Source: a phage. Taken from it: a stretch of DNA of 64,000 nt. The position numbers and the translations under genes were made by a program. The notes below the pieces were generated by a model. It had not been told where the DNA came from. It made no database searches and saw nothing but the letters and a program-made list of their open reading frames with translations. The first letter of the stretch is position 1; every line of letters starts with the position of its first letter. Shown here piece after piece: positions 1-9,956 of this stretch. The stretch is taken from the NCBI GenBank assembly GCA_027262695.1, contig GCA_027262695.1_4722.1. One strand, 5' to 3'.

Positions 1-17
1 CCTCCCTCGGTATTCTC

Positions 18-452
18 TTGGACGAAGAAAACCCACAATCGGATATTGTTGCGAACCGTTTGCTGTCCGATAAAGCCTTGAAAGCTTGGGTGACCCATCC
101 ATGCAGCTTTTGGGTTTATATCAAAGCAACCTCGATTCAAGTTACGCAAGAACCGCTACCGCGCAGTGGTGTGCCAGGACAGTATTTCTTAGGCAAGAAA
201 CCGGAAGGATTAATTCGCGCGGATCTTGGAGAACTACCTGCGTACGTACAGACTTACGAGAAACCACTGTGGGTACTTCATTCACGATGGGGACTTCGTA
301 AGAACATGCTGTTTGAAAACACGTTATACAAACACACACGTGTTAAACGCCTCAATGATACACCGTATCTCCATCAGGTATGGTTGGAAACGCATGCGAC
401 GTTACAAACCGTACACAAGCTGGAACTGATCGATTCCAGTCAGAAAAAATAA
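18..452 (+). CDS. hypothetical protein, probably 5'-truncated at the window edge
   Basis: 144 aa ORF; the track start is TTG and the frame stays open back to position 3, so the true start is likely upstream of the window; followed by hairpin 468-499. Confidence 0.45.
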   Translation: MDEENPQSDIVANRLLSDKALKAWVTHPCSFWVYIKATSIQVTQEPLPRSGVPGQYFLGKKPEGLIRADLGELPAYVQTYEKPLWVLHSRWGLRKNMLFENTLYKHTRVKRLNDTPYLHQVWLETHATLQTVHKLELIDSSQKK

Positions 453-467
453 ACACGGCAAACATAA

Positions 468-499
468 CCCTCCTCCAACCCATCAGGGAAGGAGGAGGG
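468..499. terminator. conserved GC-rich hairpin (family copy 1) between convergent genes
   Basis: ccctcctcc-aaccc-atca-ggg-aa-ggaggaggg inverted repeat; lies between the stop of the + gene (452) and the stop of the - gene (509). Confidence 0.6.
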
Positions 500-508
500 C
501 ATATGCCG

Positions 509-1414
509 TCAGGCTACGTATAACGTTAGATAACCTTCAATGAGGGTGTTCATTACACTGAGTTGGAGAACGACAGCTTTACTAACATCCGTACGCACCC
601 CGAACGGTAGCGTTTTGAAGTGCTCTGGATCCGTAATAACTTTCGCGTTTTGTAGGTTAAGCGATCCTGGTATCGCTGACAATACCCAACGATCGTTAAC
701 CGTCAGACCAACGATCTCTTCAGAAAGTCCTAACTTCAGAGTGTTCATTTCTGCAATCAGGGCTTCTGAATGCGCATCGCCCGATGTTAACGTGTAACCA
801 TCGGTTAACGCCGTCAACACCGCATCCGATACGAACCAGTTGTACGATACGATCGCACCTGGTAGCTTATCGCTATCCCGATCGATGATGTAGTTAAGAC
901 CAGCTAACATGTTGTTACGGATGAGGTTGTTCAGGTCGTTATGACCTGATGTCAACTCAACAAGCAGTTGACCGACCCAGACTTGGTTACCGGGTTTCGG
1001 TGTTATTACAACCTGTATCGGCTGTCGGGATTTGTCCAGATCAGCATCAACGATTTCGGTTTTATTCAGCAGGATACCGTACGTTGAGGCTAAGACAGGC
1101 AATACCTCAGAAACCTTGGTCAGTGTATCTAAGGTTTCGATTTCTATCGGCCAACGATGTTGCCCACCAGACCAAATACCGAGTTTGCTAAGATCGATAC
1201 GGTTGTAATAGATGTCGACGGAGTTCACGAGCCCGGAACCCGGTTGTGGGTGCACGGTCAACATACTGTTGCGTTTGTATCCCGTGCTTTCAGAAGCCTC
1301 ACCGATAACCAGCTTATCCAGCGTCACACCCCGAGCATCGAAATCGCTATGTTTTCGAATCAGTCGGAAGAGAATTTCCTTTGATTCTAGCCCCAGGATT
1401 TCACTGTACTCCAT
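509..1414 (-). CDS. hypothetical protein, paralogue family A (possible virion/tail protein)
   Basis: 301 aa ORF; shares YYNRIDL, STYGIL and NDRWVLS motifs with the ORFs at 2331-3182 and 3193-4128. Confidence 0.6.
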   Translation of the reverse strand: MEYSEILGLESKEILFRLIRKHSDFDARGVTLDKLVIGEASESTGYKRNSMLTVHPQPGSGLVNSVDIYYNRIDLSKLGIWSGGQHRWPIEIETLDTLTKVSEVLPVLASTYGILLNKTEIVDADLDKSRQPIQVVITPKPGNQVWVGQLLVELTSGHNDLNNLIRNNMLAGLNYIIDRDSDKLPGAIVSYNWFVSDAVLTALTDGYTLTSGDAHSEALIAEMNTLKLGLSEEIVGLTVNDRWVLSAIPGSLNLQNAKVITDPEHFKTLPFGVRTDVSKAVVLQLSVMNTLIEGYLTLYVA

Positions 1415-1429
1415 TTAACACCCCTTAGG

Positions 1430-2314
1430 TTACGGTAGGATTTCTGCACCGGTTGGACCTGCCTTACGGGCTTCCAACGCACCAAGGTCGTATTTCAACG
1501 TTAACGTATCGTTGGTGGTGTAGAGGTTGTGGTACGTTGAAATCAGGTCGGTAACTTGAGCTCCTACGATTTCGTTCATATCGAAGTTGGAACCTTGACC
1601 GTCATCAGCACGAACGATTTTATCGCCCGCAGAGACTATTCCAATTTCAGAAATAACCGCGTACTCTTCACCACCCTCGGTGAGCTTAGCCACATTGCGG
1701 TATTCGTTAATATCCCACGGTGTCCAAACCAGAGACACCTTGCAGCTGTAATCGTAATACTCACCTGTCGCCACTAAAATTCCGGTGGTCGGAATATCCG
1801 GTCGTGGCGGGTTGAGGTTCACATCGGTGGGATGCCATTCGATGGTCTGAGCAACACCATCAATGTATTTGGTATAACGCATGGAGCGGACAACGTTATC
1901 GAAATCGATGCGGCGACCGTAATAACAGATGTACTTTTTACCGCTTTCCAGCGTCTCGATACGCCGTAACCCAAATTTAGCACGTTCGTCCGTGGTTAAA
2001 TCGTTACCCACTTCACGCATTACAAATGGCTTGATCTTCCACGGTGAAAGATTGCTTGCTTCATGGGCGATCGGCATCGAGGAAGGGATACCGTTCGCAT
2101 TACGGATGAATTCATGACCCAGGTTACCGATACAGAAGTAACGTACGGCAGGATTACCTTCAGGGTAGATCTTCGCTTGGATCTGAAGTTTTTCGTTCAG
2201 GGTGCTATGTTCTTCCCACGCGTGAGGAAGTCCCAACGTCAGGTTGGTTTGTACTTGACCACCGATAATCGTACGAACGATACGATCGGTAGCACGGATT
2301 TGTGTAGAAGCCAT
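1430..2314 (-). CDS. hypothetical protein, distant member of family A
   Basis: 294 aa ORF packed tightly in the same minus-strand operon; contains YYGRRIDFDNV resembling the family A YY(D/N)RI motif. Confidence 0.55.
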   Translation of the reverse strand: MASTQIRATDRIVRTIIGGQVQTNLTLGLPHAWEEHSTLNEKLQIQAKIYPEGNPAVRYFCIGNLGHEFIRNANGIPSSMPIAHEASNLSPWKIKPFVMREVGNDLTTDERAKFGLRRIETLESGKKYICYYGRRIDFDNVVRSMRYTKYIDGVAQTIEWHPTDVNLNPPRPDIPTTGILVATGEYYDYSCKVSLVWTPWDINEYRNVAKLTEGGEEYAVISEIGIVSAGDKIVRADDGQGSNFDMNEIVGAQVTDLISTYHNLYTTNDTLTLKYDLGALEARKAGPTGAEILP

Positions 2315-2330
2315 GTCTTTTCCTATTTAA

Positions 2331-3182
2331 TCAGTTATATTGCATCAACAGGATACCGCCGTAGTTCGTGCAGTAATCTTGACTTAGTGTAACGATAACC
2401 GCATTAGCGAATGCTGGGTTAACCGGATAGCCCTGGGCGATAAGGTCGGTTGTTTTACCTGTTGCGAGCACGGTTGCCCCATACAGGTTGTTTTCGTCCT
2501 CACGACCGTTATAAACCCAAGGGGTTGGTGCAACGTTGTTGAATAAACTCACCAGTGCGCTTAAGTTACTACCAACCTTTAATCCAGCAAGATCGGAACG
2601 GATGGCTGTACAATCAATAGCGTAACTGTAAACCAATGCCTGGATACGATTTGCGGTGTAGTACGGGAAATTGAGGCCGGTCATCACCGTGGTCTTCATC
2701 ATCCCTGCAATATCGCGTGCGCTATCGAGAAGATAAAATTTAACACTCCCTGTCCAGGCTAATCCGGTTGTTTTCAATTCTACGACATGAGGGAACGGAT
2801 ATTCATCACCTCGAACAATCGGAGAATCAACGCAGCTTTCCTGATCGATAACGATTCCGTACGTTGATTGGATCAGCGGGATAAGATCGTGCGTGGTTTT
2901 AACACCGGCATCGATTGCAAGCTTCGGCTCCATTCCCAAGAAGAAATCCTGGATTGGAATACGATCGTACCATACGTAGCTGCTTTCACGGTACTGCGCT
3001 GGTGTTACGGTTGCCGAAGGCGATACTTTAGCGCGGGTATTTCGATTATACGCGTGGTTTCCGTTTTCAGCAACATCCGTGATATCAAGTGCATCGAAGT
3101 TAAAGTCGAAGTCAGGATTGGCTACCTGAATAAGTTCGGCGACCAGTACTTTAGGACTTTTGTTTAACAATTTCTGACTCAT
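2331..3182 (-). CDS. hypothetical protein, paralogue family A
   Basis: 283 aa; WYDRIPIQDF, LIPLIQSTYGIVID and TDRWVLTDNTAPYNLYNAKV align with neighbouring paralogues. Confidence 0.6.
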   Translation of the reverse strand: MSQKLLNKSPKVLVAELIQVANPDFDFNFDALDITDVAENGNHAYNRNTRAKVSPSATVTPAQYRESSYVWYDRIPIQDFFLGMEPKLAIDAGVKTTHDLIPLIQSTYGIVIDQESCVDSPIVRGDEYPFPHVVELKTTGLAWTGSVKFYLLDSARDIAGMMKTTVMTGLNFPYYTANRIQALVYSYAIDCTAIRSDLAGLKVGSNLSALVSLFNNVAPTPWVYNGREDENNLYGATVLATGKTTDLIAQGYPVNPAFANAVIVTLSQDYCTNYGGILLMQYN

Positions 3183-3192
3183 TGTTTATTCC

Positions 3193-4128
3193 TTAGCCTT
3201 GTTCTTTCGGGGAACGGCCCTGAAGGCTTGCGGTATGCCCGTCGACATTATAATAGAAAATCAACGGACCGCCAACAGCAGTACAGTAGTTTTCATCCAG
3301 ACTGATTTCGATGCCGTATTGGTAACCTGCGCGAGCCGGGATACGTTCGCCTAACTCACCGTTGAAATCCACCTTCGCGTTATACAGGTTGTATGGCGCT
3401 GTGTTATCGGTTAATACCCAACGATCGGTGGTCATTTCAGCCAGAAGGTCAGCAACCATCACATCGCTAACAACGGTACCTGTTACCAGCGAAGCCAAAA
3501 GCTCACCGTACTCAGACGTATCGCGACTGTAACTGTAGATTTCACCGCTTGCACGTACACCCTGTCCAAAGAACTTAAGACCGTCCAGCTCTTTGATCGC
3601 GATGATATCATCAAGATTCGGTACACGCGATTTCATCAGGATACGAACGCTCCCCGTCCAAGCCAGGCAACTAGATACGACGCGAAGCAACTGTCCGTTA
3701 ACGGTATCCCAGTTAAGTTCATCGTTGACGATTTCTTCAGCTGTAAGGCCAAGACCGAAACGTTCCTTGATGATAGGCCAGATATCACGCATCTTGGTGG
3801 CGTCTGGCGCATCAATAAGAATAGGCGCTACGTTACGCAGATACGCGCCGATATTAATACGATCGTAATACAGCGTCGTCGAACCTTCATAATCGTCTAA
3901 CTCAGTAAGCTTAGCGGTTGCCGTTGCCGTAATCTGGGTGTCGCGCTCGTAGGCGCTTTGGTTAGTGGTTGGTGTTCCTAAAACCAATAATTCAGGTGTC
4001 AGGACGTGTTCTCCGTTCTGAGGTGGGTTATCGTGGTTGATAAGACCGTACACGAGATCGGATGAAGGTAAAGAGACGTCAACCGGGTAAAGTTCGGTGC
4101 CGTCAGTAGTTGTTACCGTATCACTCAC
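3193..4128 (-). CDS. hypothetical protein, paralogue family A
   Basis: 311 aa; GTG start preceded by gaggagg SD; YYDRINIGAY and TDRWVLTDNTAPYNLYNAKV motifs shared with 2331-3182. Confidence 0.6.
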   Translation of the reverse strand: MSDTVTTTDGTELYPVDVSLPSSDLVYGLINHDNPPQNGEHVLTPELLVLGTPTTNQSAYERDTQITATATAKLTELDDYEGSTTLYYDRINIGAYLRNVAPILIDAPDATKMRDIWPIIKERFGLGLTAEEIVNDELNWDTVNGQLLRVVSSCLAWTGSVRILMKSRVPNLDDIIAIKELDGLKFFGQGVRASGEIYSYSRDTSEYGELLASLVTGTVVSDVMVADLLAEMTTDRWVLTDNTAPYNLYNAKVDFNGELGERIPARAGYQYGIEISLDENYCTAVGGPLIFYYNVDGHTASLQGRSPKEQG

Positions 4129-4187
4129 GGTGGCCTCCTCGCCAGAAATTAGTTAAAAAAGAGTTTGCGATATGCTGCGCTATCACG

Positions 4188-6479
4188 TTAAGCATCCTCG
4201 GTAGGTAATGGTTTCACAATCAAACGATTGAGCGGATTCGATAGGCGCATACTGATAGGCTTATACGCAGCATGATTCGTTTCGCTCAATACAGCGGATC
4301 GGAAGCGACCTTCAACACGTTTATAGATTGGGTTTATCCAAAGACCCTGAAGACCCGGTTGACGGAAACGTTGTTCGATAGGTTTAATCGGTTTCACGGT
4401 CAAACCACGTACCGCTTCTGACGGTATACGTTCGCTGATGTCGCGAGGCGCTCGACCTGGGAATGGAGCCAACCAGAGACCATCCAGCGGGTTCTTACGG
4501 AAACGCAACGAGATAGGATCGCTGATAACCTGCGCCCAGTATTGCGTGCTGAACCGTACCGTCTGGGTATTCTCGTAACCGCTGCAATCGCACCAGGTGG
4601 GTTTCGGCGGGGCTTCTAAGCTCTCAACCGCGGATTCACGCCAGTTCGTCATTGGATTGTTATCATGGACGAATTTGATAACTTCCGTAGCCTGGTTATC
4701 CGTATCGTGAACGTTTGCTTGTGCCCAGTCCTCCCACAGTTCTTCACTGCCGCTTACCAAACTTGAACCGAGTCGAACGGCAATTTTGTTCAGTGGTTTG
4801 ATCGGATCACTGTTGATTGTCTGGATAAAATGGATGGTGTAACTGCTCAGTGTCTTAAGCAGCTGTAGCATCCCGTATTGAATATCCTTAAGACTGGTAA
4901 CGTCTTCCAAGTCTTGACCGGTGGCCTTCGTGAAGATATCGAGAGCCAGAATCCCTGCTTCTTCTTGACTGATTGCGTCAAGTTCCCAATCCATCGCTAA
5001 GAACCATTCCTTGTAAAGCTGTCCAATACCGAAATCAACCCCAACGTCCATGTAGAAGTTTTCAACGATCGCTTCAGCCATACCTCGAGCCTGGTAATGC
5101 TCCTGGAGCTGATACATGAACTGATGACGACGCCAACCCTGGTAAATTTCGGTAACGATGTTAAGAAATTCCTCAGTACTGACGATAGGACGTAATGTCA
5201 CCTGTTTATCTAAACACCACCAGATCAGTTTGTCAGGAATGATAACCGGATCGGTAATGCTACGAAGATGCTCGAATGTCGGTAACGTTAAAACGCGGAC
5301 GTGGTTAGCATGGATCTTAGGCACTTCAATCAGCGTCATACCCATCGAATAGTTCAGCAAATACAAGAATAGCTTGTAGGCATCTTTCATCGACATGGTC
5401 ATGGTATCACCCGTCACCGGGTTGGTGGTGGTTAACCGTGACTGATACATGCCGATGGAACTCAGATGGATCCATTCGTTGAGCAAGAAATCGTATTTCG
5501 GGTATAACTCACTGTCGGTAAGATCTTCCGCTTCACTTTCCAATACCTTGGTTGTTAAGGTATTATTGTCATGCATCGACATCTTCTCTATTGTGCGGTT
5601 AAGCTCGGTATAATACTCCGCTTCGTTATCCCGCGCTAGAGGGAACTGTTGTTGCATTACGGTGGTGACCTTACGACGTACCGTCCCGTTACCAACGATC
5701 TCTTGAAGGTTAAGCGGTTTACGTTCCATGTAAACAGTGGGTTTTAACGTCTGAGGTATTTCGGAAGCGTCTTGTTTGATCGAAAACGCACCGATTGGAA
5801 TGCCACGATCGGTTAATACCTTTTGAATGAGCTTATCGTAGTTTTCCGTTCTACCCATGTTCCTTTCGACGTAAGCGATGTTACGATAGAACCAGAGCAT
5901 TTGGGATTCTGTCATGTATCGCTTGAATCGATCAAGACCTTGATGGCTTGCCAGATAACTCCAGATATGGAAGCTATGGGCATAATGGGTATGACAGTTT
6001 TCCCAACGAATACCTTTTATCATCTCAGGTATTTGTGTGAATAGAATAGCATATAACGCAGGCCAATGAAGCATATCGACGCTTTCATATGCCGGATGTT
6101 CCCAGCGTCTGAAGTAGTCGTCGATTTCTTGCTGTAATCGTGGAATAAGGTTGGCTTCGCGTGATTCAACCTCACGGGTATCGTACCAGAGAATCTCGTG
6201 ATTGCGTGCAGCAATGGCTTTCTCGATATCGATGGGGTTAAGGATACCCAAGATCAACATACGTTGTTCCGGGTACCGTGCAATTAGACGATTGAAATAA
6301 TCTCCGCCGTACGCGTATTCCCTTGCGGTCATGCGGTGCCGTAGCATGTTTTCCTTGGTGAACTCGATCTCTTCGAGCGTATCCAGGGAATTGACGGTCA
6401 TCATTGTCTGACAAGGATGATACTCGCCAGCGAGATTCATGTAGTATAACCACGTGCGTGGGTCGTCCCCGACGGCCAT
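4188..6479 (-). CDS. large hypothetical protein (possible virion protein) with C-terminal short repeats
   Basis: The track ORF 4188-6668 begins with TTG and overlaps the + gene start at 6627; the first ATG at 6479 is the more plausible start; C-terminus carries repeated P-x-x-G-L-W-(L/I)-x-P motifs. Confidence 0.55.
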   Translation of the reverse strand: MAVGDDPRTWLYYMNLAGEYHPCQTMMTVNSLDTLEEIEFTKENMLRHRMTAREYAYGGDYFNRLIARYPEQRMLILGILNPIDIEKAIAARNHEILWYDTREVESREANLIPRLQQEIDDYFRRWEHPAYESVDMLHWPALYAILFTQIPEMIKGIRWENCHTHYAHSFHIWSYLASHQGLDRFKRYMTESQMLWFYRNIAYVERNMGRTENYDKLIQKVLTDRGIPIGAFSIKQDASEIPQTLKPTVYMERKPLNLQEIVGNGTVRRKVTTVMQQQFPLARDNEAEYYTELNRTIEKMSMHDNNTLTTKVLESEAEDLTDSELYPKYDFLLNEWIHLSSIGMYQSRLTTTNPVTGDTMTMSMKDAYKLFLYLLNYSMGMTLIEVPKIHANHVRVLTLPTFEHLRSITDPVIIPDKLIWWCLDKQVTLRPIVSTEEFLNIVTEIYQGWRRHQFMYQLQEHYQARGMAEAIVENFYMDVGVDFGIGQLYKEWFLAMDWELDAISQEEAGILALDIFTKATGQDLEDVTSLKDIQYGMLQLLKTLSSYTIHFIQTINSDPIKPLNKIAVRLGSSLVSGSEELWEDWAQANVHDTDNQATEVIKFVHDNNPMTNWRESAVESLEAPPKPTWCDCSGYENTQTVRFSTQYWAQVISDPISLRFRKNPLDGLWLAPFPGRAPRDISERIPSEAVRGLTVKPIKPIEQRFRQPGLQGLWINPIYKRVEGRFRSAVLSETNHAAYKPISMRLSNPLNRLIVKPLPTEDA

Positions 6480-6626
6480 CTGGTAGACTTCGGAAACCTT
6501 GAGGTTTAACCGTTCTGCCGTGATGTCGCTTTTAATAATCAGGGTGTCCGTTAGACGCTGCACGCTTTCCGAATAAAGCTGATAGTCAGTGTTGGACACG
6601 ATCGGTCCTCCAAGGAGCCAGTGTAA
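6480..6626. promoter_or_regulatory. divergent intergenic region between the 4188-6479(-) and 6627-9545(+) genes
   Basis: 147 bp non-coding gap between divergently oriented genes; aaggag SD 8 nt before the ATG at 6627; no promoter consensus could be assigned. Confidence 0.3.
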
Positions 6627-9545
6627 ATGAACGATATAAATAAAGGGCGCGTCGCCCTCGAACGTCAAATGAGCAATAATGACGTTGCGAAGGCACTCAT
6701 GAACAAATTTGTCGCTCCTGCTCCGCAGTCACGTCTTTATAACACACGTGAAGCGGAAGGAGCGAGCGGTCGTTTCGGGTTAGTTGTTCCCGACCAGATG
6801 ACGATGAACACGGTGACGCGTGCGACCGCAACAAACGTCGAGGATAATAAAAACATCCTCGAGTTGTTCCCTGAACTTAAACGCGTGATGCAGATCTATG
6901 TTGCCGCGTTGACGAACCCTAACGATCTTAAGACGGTCGAGATGTTCATCGACAGCGAAGATTTCCCCGGCAGAGTCGCAGAAATCGTTCAGCCGATGAT
7001 CGATACCATCGACACGCATTTTAAGAATATCTATAAAATAAAGACGCTTATCCCTCGTATCATCGAAGATGTCTTCTTTATCAAGGGCAGCTATAACTTC
7101 GTTGTTCTGCCTGAAAGCACGCTCGATCGTGCTATTAACGGCAACGGCCAACTGAAACTCGAAGAATACGGATTTAAAAACAATCATTTCGCCAGCTGGG
7201 GGCTGCTGGGGAATGACAGCCGTATACGCAGTCAACATCAGTTACCGACAACGGTTTCGATGGAAGATTATTTTTCAGGCGTTAACGAAACCATCCCGTA
7301 CGATCCGGTTGTCCGTATCGATAGCATCAAGTTTACCAACACGATGCTCCGTGATAAAGACGGTAAATTCATTGAAGCGAAGGTCGATATTCCGGATATG
7401 GTTACGGTTGTTGATAACCCAGACATCCTTCGCATGCCGATTTTACACCAACGTCGTGCGTCAACAGCCGTGCAACGTGCATTACGTGCAAACACCTTAG
7501 GCGGTAACGGCCTGGTGACGTTATCAGGCGATCCGACGCAAACCGCGAATCGACGTGAGCTGACACAAGAGCAAGTTAATGAGATCTGGAATAAACTAAA
7601 CATCCAACGTCATACCAAGGTATCGCCTGTGTACGCACTAGCAACCCCGGATACCCTTGACCGTCAAAGTGTCGGTCATCCTGGTGTGATGCACGTACCA
7701 CCTGAGTCATTAGAACCGGTTCATGCGCCTGGCGATCCAGAGAACCATATCGGTTATCTCGTCCAGCTGGATGAATTCGGTTACCCAGTACGTTTGGTTG
7801 AAGATGCTGCGTATTACAAACAGCTGGAAGGTCGACTGTCGAAGATCACGGCGGATATTGCCGGTACATCAAGCAACGGAATGGCGAGTGAGATGATCGG
7901 GGCAGCGAAGAACATGGTTCAAGGTACGTCGTGTAACCAAGTCGATATGTCAGCGTTTGTCTCGTCGTACGAATCACTGATGCAACGTTATATCGTTGAA
8001 CGTATCGTTAACGGTTACCTCGGCAGTGCGGTAGAAATCGGTGCAACGTCGTCGTTCTATCTGTCGATGCTTGCCCGCAGTCTTGCTCACAAGCAAACCC
8101 GTGTTTTGTTTATTCCTCGTGAGATGGTGACATACATCGCCTACGAATACAACAAATACGGGATTGGACGTTCCTTGCTTGAAAGTACGAAGATGATCTC
8201 TTCGCAACGCGCGATGCTCATGGTTCAGGAACTGATGGCGAAAATCAAAAGTTCGTTGAACTATACGACGCTGAGCGTGATGCTCGAAGACACCGATAGA
8301 AACCCGGTTGATACCGTTGAGCAGGCATTGCACAGTTTTGCTCGTGTTTATCAATCTGGTTTCCCGTTGGGTGAAACCAACCCAATGGATATCATCAATG
8401 CATACGAACGAAGCTCGATTCGATTGAAGGTTGAAGGGAACAACCCACGCTTCCCGAAACTGAACACCGACGTTAGCGTTGAACAACGTAACTACCAATC
8501 CCCGGATGATGAGCTGATGGATCGTTACCGTCGTGATCATTTCATGGGTCTGGGTGTTTCTCCAGAGATCGTTGATACGTCCTATCAATCTGAATTCGCG
8601 GCGTCGGTGATTACGGCTAACGCGATGCAAGAGAAACAGTTCACGGTTTGTCGTGAGGTCGTCACGAATGGCTTAACTGATCACATCAAGAAGTATACGG
8701 CTTACAGTCCTGTGCTTCTGACGTCGTTACGCAATACCGTTCGCGCGAATATGTCAAAGCTCTCTCAAGCGCAGCTGCAACAGCTCTTTGGTAGCGACTT
8801 CGAAAACGGTGTTATTCGTAACGTGAACGCGTATCAGGAGATTGATGATCGATCGGTGACAATGGATCTGGATTACACCAAACCGGAAGTCCAGGAAGTG
8901 ATTGCCGACGCTTATGTCTCCATGTTCTTAAACAGCTTGCAGGTACGTTTACCGGATAGCAACGCGCGTCGCCTTGAAGATCAGGTACGTGAATATAATC
9001 AGTACAAGGAAGCGATTACAGCACAACTTGATGATTATTTAACACCGGATTATGTCATGGGTCTGGGTGGGGTCGATGAAACAACCCTGCAGATGATTCG
9101 AGCGTGCATCATTGGTACGGCGATGAGGACATGGGCGAAAGAAAACAACTTCAATCAGGAGCTGGCTGATCTCTTTAGTCTCGACGATAAGAAGAATGCC
9201 GTCCAGGATTGGAAACGTGCATCCATGGAGCATATTGAAATCATGGGTAAATGCATGGGTGATTTCGCACTCTATATCCAAAACCTGACGAAGCAAATCG
9301 AAGAGAAGATGGGCGACCAAGCACAAGACGGTAGCGTTTCATCTGACGGCTCATGGTCATCGGATTCCGGTTCGGATAGCGGTTCTTCCGATGATTTCGG
9401 TGGTGGTGATGACTTTGGTGGCGACGACGATTTCGGAATGGAAGAAACCGAAGAATCCACCGAGGAAACCACTACGGAAGAAACAACCGATGAAACTGGT
9501 GATAATGCCGCATCAGAAGACGATACCGCAGGTGATATTGTCTAA
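6627..9545 (+). CDS. large hypothetical protein with acidic Ser/Asp/Gly-rich disordered C-terminal tail
   Basis: 972 aa ORF with good SD; C-terminus SSDGSWSSDSGSDSGSSDDFGGGDDFGGDDDFG followed by a Glu/Thr-rich tail. Confidence 0.65.
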   Translation: MNDINKGRVALERQMSNNDVAKALMNKFVAPAPQSRLYNTREAEGASGRFGLVVPDQMTMNTVTRATATNVEDNKNILELFPELKRVMQIYVAALTNPNDLKTVEMFIDSEDFPGRVAEIVQPMIDTIDTHFKNIYKIKTLIPRIIEDVFFIKGSYNFVVLPESTLDRAINGNGQLKLEEYGFKNNHFASWGLLGNDSRIRSQHQLPTTVSMEDYFSGVNETIPYDPVVRIDSIKFTNTMLRDKDGKFIEAKVDIPDMVTVVDNPDILRMPILHQRRASTAVQRALRANTLGGNGLVTLSGDPTQTANRRELTQEQVNEIWNKLNIQRHTKVSPVYALATPDTLDRQSVGHPGVMHVPPESLEPVHAPGDPENHIGYLVQLDEFGYPVRLVEDAAYYKQLEGRLSKITADIAGTSSNGMASEMIGAAKNMVQGTSCNQVDMSAFVSSYESLMQRYIVERIVNGYLGSAVEIGATSSFYLSMLARSLAHKQTRVLFIPREMVTYIAYEYNKYGIGRSLLESTKMISSQRAMLMVQELMAKIKSSLNYTTLSVMLEDTDRNPVDTVEQALHSFARVYQSGFPLGETNPMDIINAYERSSIRLKVEGNNPRFPKLNTDVSVEQRNYQSPDDELMDRYRRDHFMGLGVSPEIVDTSYQSEFAASVITANAMQEKQFTVCREVVTNGLTDHIKKYTAYSPVLLTSLRNTVRANMSKLSQAQLQQLFGSDFENGVIRNVNAYQEIDDRSVTMDLDYTKPEVQEVIADAYVSMFLNSLQVRLPDSNARRLEDQVREYNQYKEAITAQLDDYLTPDYVMGLGGVDETTLQMIRACIIGTAMRTWAKENNFNQELADLFSLDDKKNAVQDWKRASMEHIEIMGKCMGDFALYIQNLTKQIEEKMGDQAQDGSVSSDGSWSSDSGSDSGSSDDFGGGDDFGGDDDFGMEETEESTEETTTEETTDETGDNAASEDDTAGDIV

Positions 9546-9578
9546 CCGTTCGTAAAAAAAAAAAATAACACATAGTTA

Positions 9579-9613
9579 ACCTTCTCCCCAACCCGGAAGG
9601 GAAGGGGAGAAGG
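9579..9613. terminator. conserved GC-rich hairpin (family copy 2) with upstream A13 tract
   Basis: ccttctcccc-aaccc-ggaa-ggg-gaa-ggggagaagg; A-run 9552-9565 gives a U-tract after the hairpin on the minus-strand transcript; lies between convergent genes. Confidence 0.65.
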
Positions 9614-9630
9614 GCTATGCGCTATTTAAC

Positions 9631-9906
9631 TTATCTCGAGTTTAACCACGATTCAATTGTGGTGAGGTTGCTTCGCAATACGCGCCAACTAGGGTGTGGT
9701 GGGATCACAGCACCTTTGTCGATTACGGTTAGCTGAGCCTGGTACTTCTGTTTCATACGGGCTACCGTAGCGCTTACCGAAAGGAAAAGCTGGTAACGTT
9801 CGTACACCGTCAGTTCATCTTCCCGTCGAACTGCTCCTGTTGCTAACGTAATTTCGCGTAAGTCCTTTGCGTCCATCGGGACAGTAATGAGTTTATAATG
9901 ACTCAT
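9631..9906 (-). CDS. small hypothetical protein
   Basis: 91 aa ORF with ATG start and aaggaaa SD. Confidence 0.5.
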   Translation of the reverse strand: MSHYKLITVPMDAKDLREITLATGAVRREDELTVYERYQLFLSVSATVARMKQKYQAQLTVIDKGAVIPPHPSWRVLRSNLTTIESWLNSR

Positions 9907-9926
9907 AGGGGTTTCCTTATCAACCA

Positions 9927-9948
9927 GGGTATTGCGTTAACAATACCC
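9927..9948 (-). terminator. hairpin downstream of the 863 aa gene
   Basis: gggtattg-cgttaa-caataccc perfect 8 bp stem, a few nt 3' of the stop at 9957 on the minus strand. Confidence 0.4.
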
Positions 9949-9956
9949 ATCGTCAA

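Noticed and set aside
6480-6668. TTG-initiated N-terminal extension of the 4188-6668 ORF
   Set aside because: It would overlap the start of the divergent 6627-9545 gene by 40 nt and remove the intergenic region; the first ATG at 6479 is the more parsimonious start, though this is unverified.
9552-9565. A10-13 homopolymer tracts at 9552-9565, 20792-20802 and 58511-58521 as slippage or frameshift sites or polyadenylation signals
   Set aside because: They are intergenic and sit immediately beside hairpins, so they are better explained as the U-tract of intrinsic terminators for minus-strand transcripts; no ORF reads through them.
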